A stretch of 64,000 bases of DNA from Octopus vulgaris. Lineage: Eukaryota. The stretch spans positions 58,776,001-58,840,000 of the forward strand of contig OX597824.1 of assembly GCA_951406725.2 (NCBI GenBank), read 5' to 3'. How positions within the stretch are numbered: position 1 is the first letter of the stretch; each line of letters starts with the position of its first letter. Below the pieces are notes generated by a model that was given only the letters and a program-made list of their open reading frames with translations, did no database searches and was not told the DNA's origin. This document shows positions 1 through 12,104 of this stretch, one piece after another. A program made the translations under genes and the position numbers.

Positions 1-290
1 ACAGAGAATAAGTGCATAACTGCTATTTATTTCATCGATATCGAAAGGATGAAACTTAGAACGTAATCAATTTTCCCCGTGTGCTACAGATTCTGCCATC
101 GGCAAACAGAAACATATTCAACAAAGTCGCTCACTAGTATAAAGAGAAAGTAGTGAGGTGTGTTTTACTGGCCAGTTAGTGTCTTCTCCCTATCCTCAAA
201 CCCGAAAAGAGTTAGAGAAAGAAAGGTATTCTGGTTCAATCCCCCATGTTACTTTACCTGTTTGTCTCTTTGTATGTATGTATGAACGTA

Positions 291-342
<52 letters not shown>

Positions 343-344
<2 letters not shown>

Positions 345-816
345 TAAAAGGCTTCCAAATAAAGAAGCGACTGCTAGATATACAAAAAAGGGGATAAATT
401 TATGAAGTGGAATGAAATTCAAAAACGTTTACCAACTCAGCTAATCTTGTACCGCGGTTTCATCTTTTTTTTAGCAAATGAATATAATTTATCTACCAAG
501 GCCAGAACCATCAGCAAGAAGCCTTTGTAATCCGAGATGTACATATCATTAGAAGCACGTGCAAATCTAACGATCTGTATACCCTAACTTTTCAGACCAG
601 TGCACAGACGCAAATCATACCCGGCGACAGAGAGGATGCCGGTAAAAAATCTACGAGCAAATCTATCGAGCAATATTTAAACATAGTAAATAGGGTAATA
701 AAAATAAATTATTATTACCAGTGACCTAGCACAAAAGACAAATTAGTCATTAGACTATATGTTATTCATATATAAGTACATTAAAAGGCTTCCAAATAAA
801 GATGCCTTTTAATGTA
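343..816 (-). mobile_element. Non-coding HHR-bearing element (PLE pLTR- or retrozyme-like)
   Basis: 23-nt direct repeat ATTAAAAGGCTTCCAAATAAAGA at 343-365 and 780-802; HHR-like motif at 446-518 on the minus strand; abuts (TA)n. Confidence 0.5.
446..518 (-). ncRNA. Hammerhead ribozyme-like motif (variant core CTGATGG)
   Basis: Minus strand reads cttg-CTGATGG...GAAA-ccgcgg-TA-caag: stem I cttg/caag, palindromic stem III. Confidence 0.55.
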
Positions 817-889
817 AACTCATAAACTCATTTTAACAGATATATTTACCAAATTTACATTAAAATATCTTGAAATAAAGAGTAAATTT

Positions 890-1500
890 ATTCAATAAAA
901 TTGTCATTGGTTTCCATCATGTCCTCCGGACGACTTCGGAATCTTCTACAGCTCTTCTGGATGCTGCCATACTCCTCGCCTTCAGTTCATCTTTGGTATT
1001 ACAAGGAGTTTTGTTGGTCTATTGCTCAACTGCGCCCCACGCATAATAATCAAGGAAGTTGCAGTGTGGGGAGTCAGGTACCAGATGTTAGGAGTGATGT
1101 GGTCGCAGAAACTGACTGACAGCCATGACTGGGTTCTCCTGCTTGTGTGACATGATACAGAGTTCTGTTGTTAGACATAAGGTCTTTCAGCATCCACCCT
1201 CATCACGCAGGCAGCACTACGTCCTCCAGTTACTTGATGTAGGCCTCCGTATTAAACGTGAGGCCATTTGGTAAGATGAATGGAGGCATAACGTCGCCAT
1301 CACTAGTGATCACCATGATGTTGACTGGATGTTGGATTTTTATCACTCTCAATACATGTTTTGGGGACACGGCAAGCCAACTGCTGTTCTGTGTCCACCA
1401 TTTGTTCATGCTGGAGATTCCGGTGCGAATACAAAGCAGTATCTCATGTCGTTTCCAAATTTCTTGCAGTGTGAATTGCTCCTAGATGCTGTTTTCTCAC
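890..1500 (-). mobile_element. Tc1/mariner-superfamily (maT/DD37D-like) transposase 3' half, degenerate
   Basis: Broken minus-strand translation resembles RPYV.QQ.S..CHTSRRTQSWLS..FCDHITPNIW...SP.CN.LDYY.WGAVE..TNKTPCNTKDELKAR. Confidence 0.8.
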
Positions 1501-1509
1501 AGCAGTACT

Positions 1510-2050
1510 TAACTGACCCTACTAATATATTTAGTTGGTTTGTTAGTGCATTTTGTTTCCTCTGCTTCTACTACTTTATTATCATCATTTCTATTGGCTT
1601 TTAATTATGCCTTTTTTTCTACCTTTGCCTGCAGTGTCATGGATTCTCTATATATATGTATCCTTTTTATATTTACAGTTCTTCTGGGTTCTGGTATTCT
1701 GCGGTTATTTATATGATTATCTCCACTATTAATAATGCTCTCTGGGTATTGTGCCTTCTGTGTCTTGATCTATATATATATATATATACTATTTTACCCT
1801 TATATCCCGCTCTAGCTAGTGCTGAGATGTAATATTCGGTGTGCATATCGAATATCTGCAGATAGTTTGGATGTTCTATTATACATGCTTCTTGGGTTGC
1901 ATCGCAGTATATGTTCCGGAAGTTTGGATCCTCTGCTGACATATTTTAAGTTTACATTTGGCTTATGGAACGGTTCAAACTTTCCATCGATGAGGCTAAG
2001 CTTTACGTCTAGGAATTTCCAATTTTAAAAGTTTTTCCGGAATTTTTCTA
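1510..2050 (-). mobile_element. Penelope-like element, RT C-terminal/thumb fragment
   Basis: Minus strand KFLDVKLSLIDGKFEPFHKPNVNLKYVSRGS.LP, then QIFDMHTEYYISALARAGYKGKIVY; typical of PLE FLDV.L.L....PY.KPN...Y....SNHP. Confidence 0.65.
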
Positions 2051-2477
2051 TTTCTATGTTACTACACTTCTGTATTGTGAACAATGCGTGGTCTCTATGT
2101 AACTCCTTCCACCAATGTTCGAAAGCCAAGATTTTGCTTGCGATAATAGGTATATTCCTACTATATCGGTCACTTGCGCAGAGTTACTAGATCCCATTGT
2201 AATCATCACTGGACTACACCGTAATCATCGCTGGAATACGGACTGTGATCTTAAGAGACGTCGGTTTTATGGAAACACGCGTCGAGATGAATTAAATATT
2301 TATAAATTCCGTCCAAGGGTTATTGTTGATATTACTATATTTACCTTATGTTATATCTGTACAGCTGGATACAACCCCCCAAAACTGGTCTACCAGTCAA
2401 CATCATTAGACTGTGACAGGCAGTATGGAATAGGAGCTTTATTTGCATATCCAAAACGTTTCCCATGAACAGATTTA

Positions 2478-2640
2478 AGGTAGTTGCTGTGTGGTAAGTA
2501 GCTTGCTTCTCAACCACATGGTTCTGTTTCTCATCCCACTGCGTGGCAACTTAGACACGTGTCTTCTACTATAGCCTCCGGTCGACTAAAGCCTTATGAG
2601 TGGATTTGGTAGACGGGAACATAAACAAGCCTGTCGTAGA
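2478..2640 (+). mobile_element. tRNA-derived SINE family A (CORE-like), 5' half
   Basis: gctgtgtggtaagtagcttgc...gtcttctactatagcc...gtggatttggtagacgg matches the full copies at 19780, 26707 and 61833. Confidence 0.85.
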
Positions 2641-2642
2641 TA

Positions 2643-2708
<66 letters not shown>

Positions 2709-2709
<1 letters not shown>

Positions 2710-3051
2710 GTAAATGTAATATGCGACAATTATTCGGTAGCCATGATAAAACTCCGAGTTTCGGATGCCAGGGTGGAAATCCACGCCGCCATCTCTTCAG
2801 TTATCCGGCCATCGGAAAAGTGCTATTTTTCCGATGGCCGGATAACTGAAGAGAAAGCGGCGTGGATTTCCACATCGGCATCCGAAGCTCGGAGTTTTAT
2901 CATGGCTACCACACAAAAATTTCTGCACATGAACCCGGAGTTTCTACCCTTGGACAGGTCACTTCAACCGTGTTTCTGACGTGAATTTGCTACCCAAGTT
3001 TCGGTTAAACGAATTTTCCATACTGACGATAAGCATAGGATAATTCATTCA

Positions 3052-3052
<1 letters not shown>
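2709..3052. mobile_element. Fold-back element with two outward-facing HHR motifs (inverted PLE pLTR-like)
   Basis: Imperfect palindrome 2736-2910; gataa-CTGAAGA...GAAA/GAAG-ctcggag-TT-ttatc in each arm; (TA)n on both sides. Confidence 0.75.
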
Positions 3053-3103
<51 letters not shown>

Positions 3104-3123
3104 AAGCATATAGAAAATTCAAC

Positions 3124-3167
3124 AAAATCTGTTACTAGTTTCTCGTTGCCGTTCATCAGACAGTTTT
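3124..3167 (-). ncRNA. Minimal type I hammerhead ribozyme
   Basis: Minus strand aaaactgt-CTGATGA-acg-GCAA-cga-GAAA-ctag-TA-acagatttt; all core bases present, palindromic stem III. Confidence 0.75.
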
Positions 3168-3295
3168 GCTAGAATTTATATATTTACTCGGTATATATAT
3201 ATACATGTGCATATGTACATAGAGCGTATGTATGTATGTATATATGTATGTATGTATGCTTATATGTACGGATGTATGTGTATATATATATATAT

Positions 3296-3332
<37 letters not shown>

Positions 3333-3520
3333 TATATATATATATGTATACACACACACACACATATATATATATATACATATACCCATATAGCTATCTA
3401 TCTATATACATGCAGATACATAACAGCACAGACTTGCGTGAATGCATATATAGTGTCGCTTCGACTGTATTTGTAATTATAATTATTTATATTTTCATGT
3501 GTGAGCATGTGTATGTGTTA

Positions 3521-3568
<48 letters not shown>

Positions 3569-3885
3569 ATGTATGTGTGTGCGCGCACATTAGTGTACGT
3601 GTGTTTCAAGACGAAATCCAAGACAATTTTATCTTGTCCGACAATTTAACCAGAGATAAATGCGGAAACGGGAGACAACGACTAAGTGAAGAAATAACAG
3701 TTAATGGAGATATGGGTTATGATGGGACGGGGGGACGATGGAGAGAGAGAAAGAGAGGGAGAGACAGACAGGCAGACAGACAGATAAGGGAGAGGATGTG
3801 TGAAAGCAGACTGTTGAAAGGATGGATAGGTAAGTAGGTGTGTAATATATACGTTTATATATATAGTGTGTATGTACATATAAGC

Positions 3886-3948
<63 letters not shown>

Positions 3949-3993
3949 TGCCTATATCCATCTATCTATCATTATATATATACATATATATAA

Positions 3994-4047
<54 letters not shown>

Positions 4048-4069
4048 ATATGTATGTATGTGTATGTAA

Positions 4070-4341
4070 TTAGAGAAGGATTTTTAAAGTTACTAACTAT
4101 TAAAAAGAATTATTTTATTTAACAGAATGCCACTAATCTTTTTGGTAGAACTACGTACATAGGGTGTATTTTACAATATTTACATTATTTACAATTGACG
4201 GATATTTGTACTCATCTTGTTTGTTGTTAATACAACGTCTCGGCTGATATACCCCTCAGCCTTCATCAGTTGTCTTGGGGAAATTTCGAACCTGGATTCT
4301 CATTCCTAAGGTATTTTTCGATGTCATTGTTGTTGTTGTTG

Positions 4342-4437
<96 letters not shown>

Positions 4438-6600
4438 TCACTGCCTGGAATCGAACTTGGAATTTTGGTGTTAGTAGCCCAAGCTTTTAATCACTACGCT
4501 ATATGCCCGTGGGCATATGGCGTAGTGTGTATTTTGTGTTTGAGCACGTTCCTTTTTAACTTTTGTAACACACGTATCCCGAACTAATAATTAAAATGGC
4601 CATTTTGTTTGGAAAAAAGGATATTTCAAATTTTCCCTTTGCACAAATGTTTAGATGCTTACCAACCTTGAAATTCCTAAGTGATTGAATCTTTAGTTTG
4701 TTGCTTATGCACGTTTACACGACTGGTTAGTTTTGTCCCTGTTTCTCCAATGTAGTTCTCATTGCACTGTGTAGATAAGATTTTTTGTTGCAATTCATGC
4801 TTAGATTCCCATTCTTGAAATTTGTGTTTGTTCCTTGCTCACTTATTTCATATGTCCCACAACGAAGGTCACCACAGTTTATTACTTGTAGTGCTTCTTT
4901 CTCCGATGTGAATCTCGCCTTTGTTAGAAGTCTCTTGAGATTTGGTGTTTGTCTTCAGGTGTTTGTAATTTTTGATTTGTGATTTTTTAATTATTTGTCG
5001 GAGATTTGATGACTGATGTAGATTTGAGAGGTATCGTTTGGCTGAATGTAGGATGTTGTGACTCCTAGGATTATGGGTGACTACAAATAAAGTATTTATA
5101 ATTGCATTTCCTCTTAGCTGAGTATTTCTCCGTGGGGTACAAATCGGTATTTCATTTGCTTTTTTTATGGCATGATCTATTAACTTCTGTGGGGTATTTC
5201 TGTTTTCGAAGGAACATACTTCGTTCTATTAGTCGTTTCTGTCATTTATTGCTATCAGTAACTATTGTGCACATACGTCTTGCCATATGGAATAGTATGA
5301 TCCTTTTTGCATAGGAAGGGTGGCAAGATCCAAAACCTAAATAGTGATGTGTGTCTGTCCTTATCGGTCATAACTGTCTCATTTTCTTTAATTATCAGAA
5401 TGTCCAGGAAAGAAGTTACGTTTCATTCATTTTCATTGTGAACTGATCGATTTATGAATGCTCTCCATATTTTTGTTCCGAAATATGAAGCAGTGATCCA
5501 AGAATCTTTCCTAGTTTCCTATTAAATAGGACTGGAAATATTGATCAAATATGATTCCATGTAGCGTATTTTTTCCAGGAATCCCATTACCAGTATCGTA
5601 TACCCATTGCCATGCCTTCTATTTATAGATAATATCGATTATCAAAGAAGTACTTTTTTTCTAGAGACAATTGTAATCCTTTAAGTATAGCCTGTTTTGA
5701 GGATCTCTCCTGAACCCTTAATTCTAATTTCTGGGGGATATTTGTATAGAAACTGGTTATACTGAAACCAACCAGGTTCGTCTTTTTATTTACTTCTTCT
5801 AGGACTTGGTTTAGGAATTACGTTTCATCCTTGATGAAACTATTTGCATATTCGTTTCAATATTATGTCAAGAAAATTGCTTACTCACTGGGTGCTAGAT
5901 GTTGGCCCTGCAACAATACAACATAATTTACGTTCAAATAGTTTAGGAATTTTTAAATAATGCATGGAGGTCTTTTAAACCGTTATTGATTGTTTATGGG
6001 GTTTTTTAGTAACCCATAAAAGTTATTTGTTTATTTCTTATCTAAAATTAGTGAGGTAATCCCAACCTCTTTTTCGTTCAGTCATTTTTCAATTTGTTCT
6101 TTAATTTACCAATTTTATTCATGGTTTATTTATCGGCATTGATTTCTAATTTTTGTAGTAATATTGGTCATTTAGTTGTTTTAAAACCATTTATTTTTCA
6201 TGGGTCTTGTCCTCCTTTGTCAGCTTCTTTAATGACTATAGAGTAAAATTCCTGTAGACATTTTAATACATTTTGTTCTTCATTTTGTAATGTTTTCTTT
6301 TGTACGGGTTTTGGAATGTTCGAGCTTACTTATATTTTCGGAGGTATTATGTATTCTTCTAAGTACTTATTGCTGTTCATTGAAAGTTTTTAACTAGTTC
6401 TGCTTTTCATAAATGATGGATCTGCGTTGTTTGCTTTTAGAAGAATGCATGAAGATGAAATCTCCTGCAAAATTCCTAAAACTAATAAGAAGCGTGAAAG
6501 TGCACAAACAGTAAATTAAAGACTCTTTTTAGATTTCTAAATGTTCCATACAGTGAACATCTAAACATTTGTTTAAGTTAGAAATGAGGGTATTAGTTCT
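4070..6600 (-). mobile_element. Penelope-like retroelement, degenerate RT + GIY-YIG with 3' HHR region
   Basis: Minus-strand remnants IVAGPTSSTQ..SNFLDIIL, LVGFSITSFYTNIP, TDTHHYLGFGSCHP, MARRMCTIV, CNENYIGETGTKL; decayed HHR at 4228-4274; 5' boundary approximate. Confidence 0.85.
4434..4508 (-). promoter_or_regulatory. tRNA(Arg)-like segment with Pol III A/B boxes
   Basis: Minus strand gggcataTAGCGTAGTGAttaa...ctactaa...aaaattccAAGTTCGATTCCaggcagtgacctg. Confidence 0.65.
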
Positions 6601-6874
6601 CATTTCTAACAAGTAGACGCATGCGTACGTCCTTATGATTGATATAATTTTAATCCTATGGCTGTATAATGCTATTATAGGCCTGCAACCACCTATATTA
6701 ATGTTGCTGTTATTATGAACTATTTATATTGCTTTCGATAATAATAGCAATATGAATATCTATATAAATATTCAATTCTGAATATTTACTCCTGGTATAT
6801 ATACGAGTGAGTAGAGAAACGAAAGAAGAGGACTCAACAAATATATTGGGTGTTACATTTATGGATCAAAAGAT

Positions 6875-6948
6875 TTTGATTCAAATTCGTTGGAACTCTT
6901 GAGTTTCAAGCATGATGCTAGTCATCAGTCATTTGACTTTGAATCAAA
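6875..6948 (-). ncRNA. Hammerhead-like motif in a short TA-flanked fragment
   Basis: CTGATGA-ctagcatcatgctt-GAAA-ctcaagag-TT; flanks tttgattcaaa/tttgaatcaaa can pair. Confidence 0.55.
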
Positions 6949-6962
6949 CTCAAAATGGCTGA

Positions 6963-7015
<53 letters not shown>

Positions 7016-7029
7016 ATATATATATATAT

Positions 7030-7900
7030 ACAATTAGAGGTTAAAAAAATCCTCATTAAGGGATAGTAATATCCAAGGGACTACTGGTTCATTGCCTAGT
7101 ATCTTTTGTGAAGAATAATATTCCTAAAATAATAGGTCTAAATATAAATCTTGGTTTATAAATATTCAAAGGAAAATTAAGAAAATGGAGATATTGCATT
7201 AATATGATTTATTATCTGTAAAAATCCAACATATTCACTTAGAACTGTTTCAATTAATCCTAAAAAAATTAAATAGTAATAATTAAATCATTATATTAGA
7301 CAAAATATCTTCAGAGGGGTTGAAAAGATATACCGTTAGATTATCAGGTGTTGCGTTTGCGAATCATCTCAGCAGACATGTCTAGTATTAGTATAAACCT
7401 GGACCAGGGGGTCATAAGTTGTTTTAGTGGGCAATGGATAATGTGAATAGAATCAGGTTAATAATTGGTAAATAAGTAATGGTTAGATGATACTATTATT
7501 TGCTGTAACTCTAGAGAAAATGAGAAAGGTATAGCTTAATGAAACGACGACACAGAGGGCAGGAGTAAAGGAATAAAGAGATGAAGAAAGAGAAGAAAAA
7601 AGAAGCATAAAAGATCACAGTTCAACTTTCCGATCATGTAGAAATCCGCACGTCCTTAGGTGCAATCCTGTGTAAATACATGTAGGTTAAAGTACTAATA
7701 GTGTAAATATCCAGAAATAGATGCGAACGTATCAATGTTCAATAACAGAATGGTAGCGGCTGTGGCTATTAAATGGTAAAAAGAAAGAAAAATAAATAAT
7801 TAGAAAGTGAGGTAGAGAGAGTTGGGGAGATAATTAAGGATTAACGTTAAGGATAAAATAGGTATATAATGTATAAGATATAGTGTACAAAAATAACCAA
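7030..7900 (-). mobile_element. Non-coding PLE-like 3' region with decayed HHR (7238-7318)
   Basis: CTGAAGA...GAAAcagttcTAag on the minus strand; terminus abuts (TA)n; right boundary uncertain. Confidence 0.4.
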
Positions 7901-7954
7901 GAAGATAAATAAATAAATATATAAGGATATATATATATATGTGTGTGTGTGTGT

Positions 7955-8007
<53 letters not shown>

Positions 8008-8439
8008 TATAAGGATATAAATAAGGAGTGAAGAGGAGGATGAGGAAGAGGTAAAGGAAGATAACGTTAAAAAACAAAATAAAGTAAAATGAAAGGAATT
8101 CAAAGAGAATAGTAGGTGCAAATGGTATTCTTATAGTCTGTAGGGGCTAGAGAGGAAATCTAGTAGTAAGTGCTTGTGGCCACTTTATGGTTAAGGTCAG
8201 TGGCTGTAGAAATGTTTTAGCAATGGGGGTACGGGTGTGTAGTTATATGTGAATGGAGAATCAGTTGAATGCTAAATTATTAAGGATAAGTTAGAATTAA
8301 ATATTAGGACATTTTCTAGGTTAAGATTTAAGAATAAATTAAAGAATTAACATTTATCTTATAAAGGTATGAGGTAAGGTTGATAGAAAAGATACACAGG
8401 GGTATGTGTTCAGTGCACACACACACATATACACACACA

Positions 8440-8940
8440 CAAGGTGTTCAAAAAGTCTCTCAGCACTGAATATTATATTGCAAAATAAATATTTATAAGA
8501 TGGTATAAGACAACAAAAGAACATATATTTTACAAGACTTTAAAAAACTTTATAAGAGGTGTTGAAAGTGCCTTCCTTCATTTTCAATACATAAAATTTA
8601 ATTTCTTTCTAACTGCCGTATGAACTCTTCCAAGGCTAATTTCCGTTTCCTGTGACAATTTGGGTAAGGACTTTGACGGGGCTTGCTAACAGTTTATCAG
8701 AAATATTGGAGAATTTTTCGTCTGAAAGAACAGTAGGCCTACCGCTTCCTGCTGCGTCTTCCACTGAGCCTGTGTTTCTAAATTTTCTTATCAAATCCTG
8801 CAGTGCCACGATGTGGAACAACAGTATTTGAAAAAGTTTCACTGAATTTCTGTTCATAAGTATCTGTGTATTTGTTTCGAGCTCAAAACACCCATTTAAC
8901 TAAAAACGTACGCTCTTCAATGGTTAGCATGTCGACACGC
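8440..8940 (-). mobile_element. Internally deleted Tc1/mariner (Tc3-like) DNA transposon
   Basis: N-terminal MLTIEER...DLIRKFRNTGSVEDAAGSGRPTVL (HTH + GRP) joined to C-terminal EGRHFQHLL*; TIR-like CAAGGTGTTCAAAAAGTC at 8440. Confidence 0.75.
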
Positions 8941-9216
8941 TATATATATATATATAATCAAAGCCGGATGGATTCGTTATTTTTTCACTTTACCTGCGTG
9001 AGTTGAGAGTATTACTGTCTGGGAGATATCTTATGATAGTGGAATAGCATTTTACTCCTATTTCTAAATTTCGCTATATGGTGAAGCAATTTTTGCTGAA
9101 CCCTAATTATAATTCTGCTTATAATTATAGAATTTATATATATACACATACATACATACATATATATATATATATGTATATGGCCACAGCTCATAAGTTG
9201 AAACTAGAATCAATCA

Positions 9217-9301
<85 letters not shown>

Positions 9302-9314
9302 ATACATACATACA

Positions 9315-9348
<34 letters not shown>

Positions 9349-9390
9349 CATACATACACACACACATAGATACATACATATATATATATA

Positions 9391-9811
9391 AGGGCGGTGA
9401 GCTGGCAGAAACGTTAGCGCGCCGGACGAAATGCTTAGCGGTATTTCGTCTGCCGCTACGTTCTGATTTCAAATTCCGCCGAGGTCGACTTCGCCTTTCA
9501 TCATTTCGGGGTCGATAAATTAAGTACCAGTTACGCACTGGGGCCGATGTAATCGACTTAATACCTATGTCTGTCCTTGTTTGTCCCCTCTATGTTTAGC
9601 CTGTTTAGCCCCTTGTGGGTAATAAAGAAATAGGTATTTCGTCTGCTTCTACGTTCTGAGTTCAAATTCCGCCGAGGTCGACTTTGCCTTTCATCCTTTC
9701 GGGGTCGATAAATAAAGTACCAGTTATGCACTGGGGTCGATGTAATCAACTTAATCTCTTTGTCTGTCCTTGTTTGTCCCCTCTATGTTTAGCCTCTTGT
9801 GGGTAGTAAAG

Positions 9812-9816
<5 letters not shown>
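9391..9816 (+). mobile_element. tRNA-derived SINE family B (Meta-domain-like), internally duplicated
   Basis: ggcggtgagctggcagaa head, B-box gagttcaaattcc, gtcgactttgcctttcatcctttcggggtcgataaa core; ~193-bp body repeated. Confidence 0.9.
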
Positions 9817-9864
<48 letters not shown>

Positions 9865-9867
<3 letters not shown>

Positions 9868-11107
9868 GTGAAAAGGAACACACGAGTTGATATATATGAA
9901 AAAACAAGTAAAAAATAGAAAATGCTAAAATAATTTTATAGTGAACATTTCAGTACCGGTTTCGGTCATTTTGAGACCTTTTCAACTGTAACGATTAAAT
10001 AATTAAATTTAGAAAAATTAGAAGAAAAGTTTTTTTAAAAGAATATTTCTGTAGTAGTGTTCAGATTTAAGTGGCATTCTGCCTTTCTCTGACTCCCTTG
10101 TTTGCACTTGTGTGTTCGAGGTAGTTGTGAGTTCTTGGTAGGGTAGTAGAGGGAAGGCTGGTGAGGAAAGGGGGTGGGAGAATCTGGGAGTGCCCTGATG
10201 GTCGTATTTTGAATGGTCAGTGGCGGCTGGCAGTCTCAGTTCAATTCAGGATTGTTTATAGAATTAGCGTAGGTGTTATACTAAAAAACATTAGTGACAA
10301 ACTTAAGGGGTAGGGGGTGGAGAAGAAGAAGAAGAAGAAGAAGAAGAAGAAGGAGAAGGAGAAGATGATGGTGATGGTGGTGATGATTATGACGACGATG
10401 ATGATGATAACGATGATGATGAAGAAGAAGAAGAAGAAGAAGAAGAAGAAGAAGAAGAAGAAGGAGAAGGAGAAGATGGTGGTGATGATGGTGGTGATGA
10501 TGATGACGCCGATGATGATGATAACGATGATGATGAAGAAGAAGAAGAAGAAAAAAACAGAGAAGGGAGAATATGAATGGGTGTAAATATAGCTATGAAG
10601 GGGCTGATTAGTAATGGATTCTATGGAGTGTAGTATTTGTGTGTGTATATATATTTTTTTCTTTTATTCTAAAGTTGAGGTATATTAATTGTTTGTCGTA
10701 GACCCGTTAAGAAGTGGCTTGTATTTTGTAATAAAGAGATTTTCTTTACTTATTCTTTGTCTCGAGGTTGTATCGTCCCTAAATTGGTAGAGGGGGAAAA
10801 TTCTGAAGTTTGGTGTTTTTTTGTTGGCGCAAGTATCTATGTGTTGGCTAAAAGCTATTTTTCTGTTTTGGGGAATTTTTATCTGGGATCTGTGCAGGTG
10901 CAAACAAGGGAGTCAGAGAAAGGCAGAATGCCACTTAAATCTGAACACTACTACAGAAATATTCTTTTAAAAAAACTTTTCTTCTAATTTTTCTAAATTT
11001 AATTATTTAATCGTTACAGTTGAAAAGGTCTCAAAATGACCGAAACCGGTACTGAAATGTTCACTATAAAATTATTTTAGCATTTTCTATTTTTTACTTG
11101 TTTTTTC

Positions 11108-11115
<8 letters not shown>
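9865..11115 (-). mobile_element. 5'-truncated PLE with inverted terminal duplication
   Basis: ORF 10685-10903 resembles a PLE endonuclease C-terminus (HRSQIKIP...FRIFPLY...KENLFITKYKPLLN); ~218-bp inverted repeat 9890-10107 / 10898-11115; (TA)n flanks. Confidence 0.85.
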
Positions 11116-11145
<30 letters not shown>

Positions 11146-11344
11146 GTATGTACGTATATATACCTGCTGCAATACCTGACGACATTACTAAATTTATCAC
11201 CAGTTGGATATGCGACTGGAATTATACACATGCAGTCTCATTTTCCATTCGTAAGATGTTTTCCTACATTATCCATACATTTTACAGACATTCCGTATAC
11301 GTATCCACAGATGAGACGTGAAACTTTACTGTGGATTCCGTGGA

Positions 11345-11416
<72 letters not shown>

Positions 11417-11846
11417 TGTGTATGCTTGTGTGCGCGTTAGTGTGTATGTGTTCGTGTGTGTGCGTGTATGCTCATGAATTTGTATGTGTGTATAGTTTAC
11501 AAGATAGCTATATTGCACTGCATAAGCAGACAGATATATGGATCTATAGTTCATATACGTACATATATATATATATATATAATATTCATATATATAATAT
11601 ATATATATATTTATACAATGGATGTGTCTGTATTTGAACCATTTTTTATTTTTGATTCCAGTATTTATGTCTTGTACTAGCATTGTGTATATTAATTAAT
11701 ATTAAGGTTTTTAGTTTTAATTGCTTAATGGGTATTAGACTTTATTTGGATGTTTATTAAATAAATATCTTAATGAATAATTTAATTTAATGTACATAGT
11801 TTAAATTGTTGTATTTAGTTTTCATTTATGGTATATTTTGTATCTC

Positions 11847-11900
<54 letters not shown>

Positions 11901-11997
11901 ATAGGTAGATAGATATTTTAAAGAACATATTTATTTTTTAAAAGATTATTTACGTTTATTTATTAATTAATTATTTTATTATTATTGTATATATCTT

Positions 11998-12104
11998 TAA
12001 CCTGATGAGTGGCTATATTTATATTGAAGTGATTTTACTACAACTACGACTAATATGTTTACTATAATCATTTCTTAAATATAGCCTCGAAACTCGTGTC
12101 GTTA
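11998..12104 (+). ncRNA. Type I hammerhead ribozyme with extended stem II
   Basis: taac-CTGATGA-gtggctatattta...taaatatagcctc-GAAA-ctcgtg-TC-gtta; 11-bp perfect pairing within stem II. Confidence 0.75.

Noticed and set aside
4434-4508. Functional tRNA gene
   Set aside because: Acceptor and anticodon stems pair poorly and it is embedded in a mobile element; treated as a tRNA-derived head.
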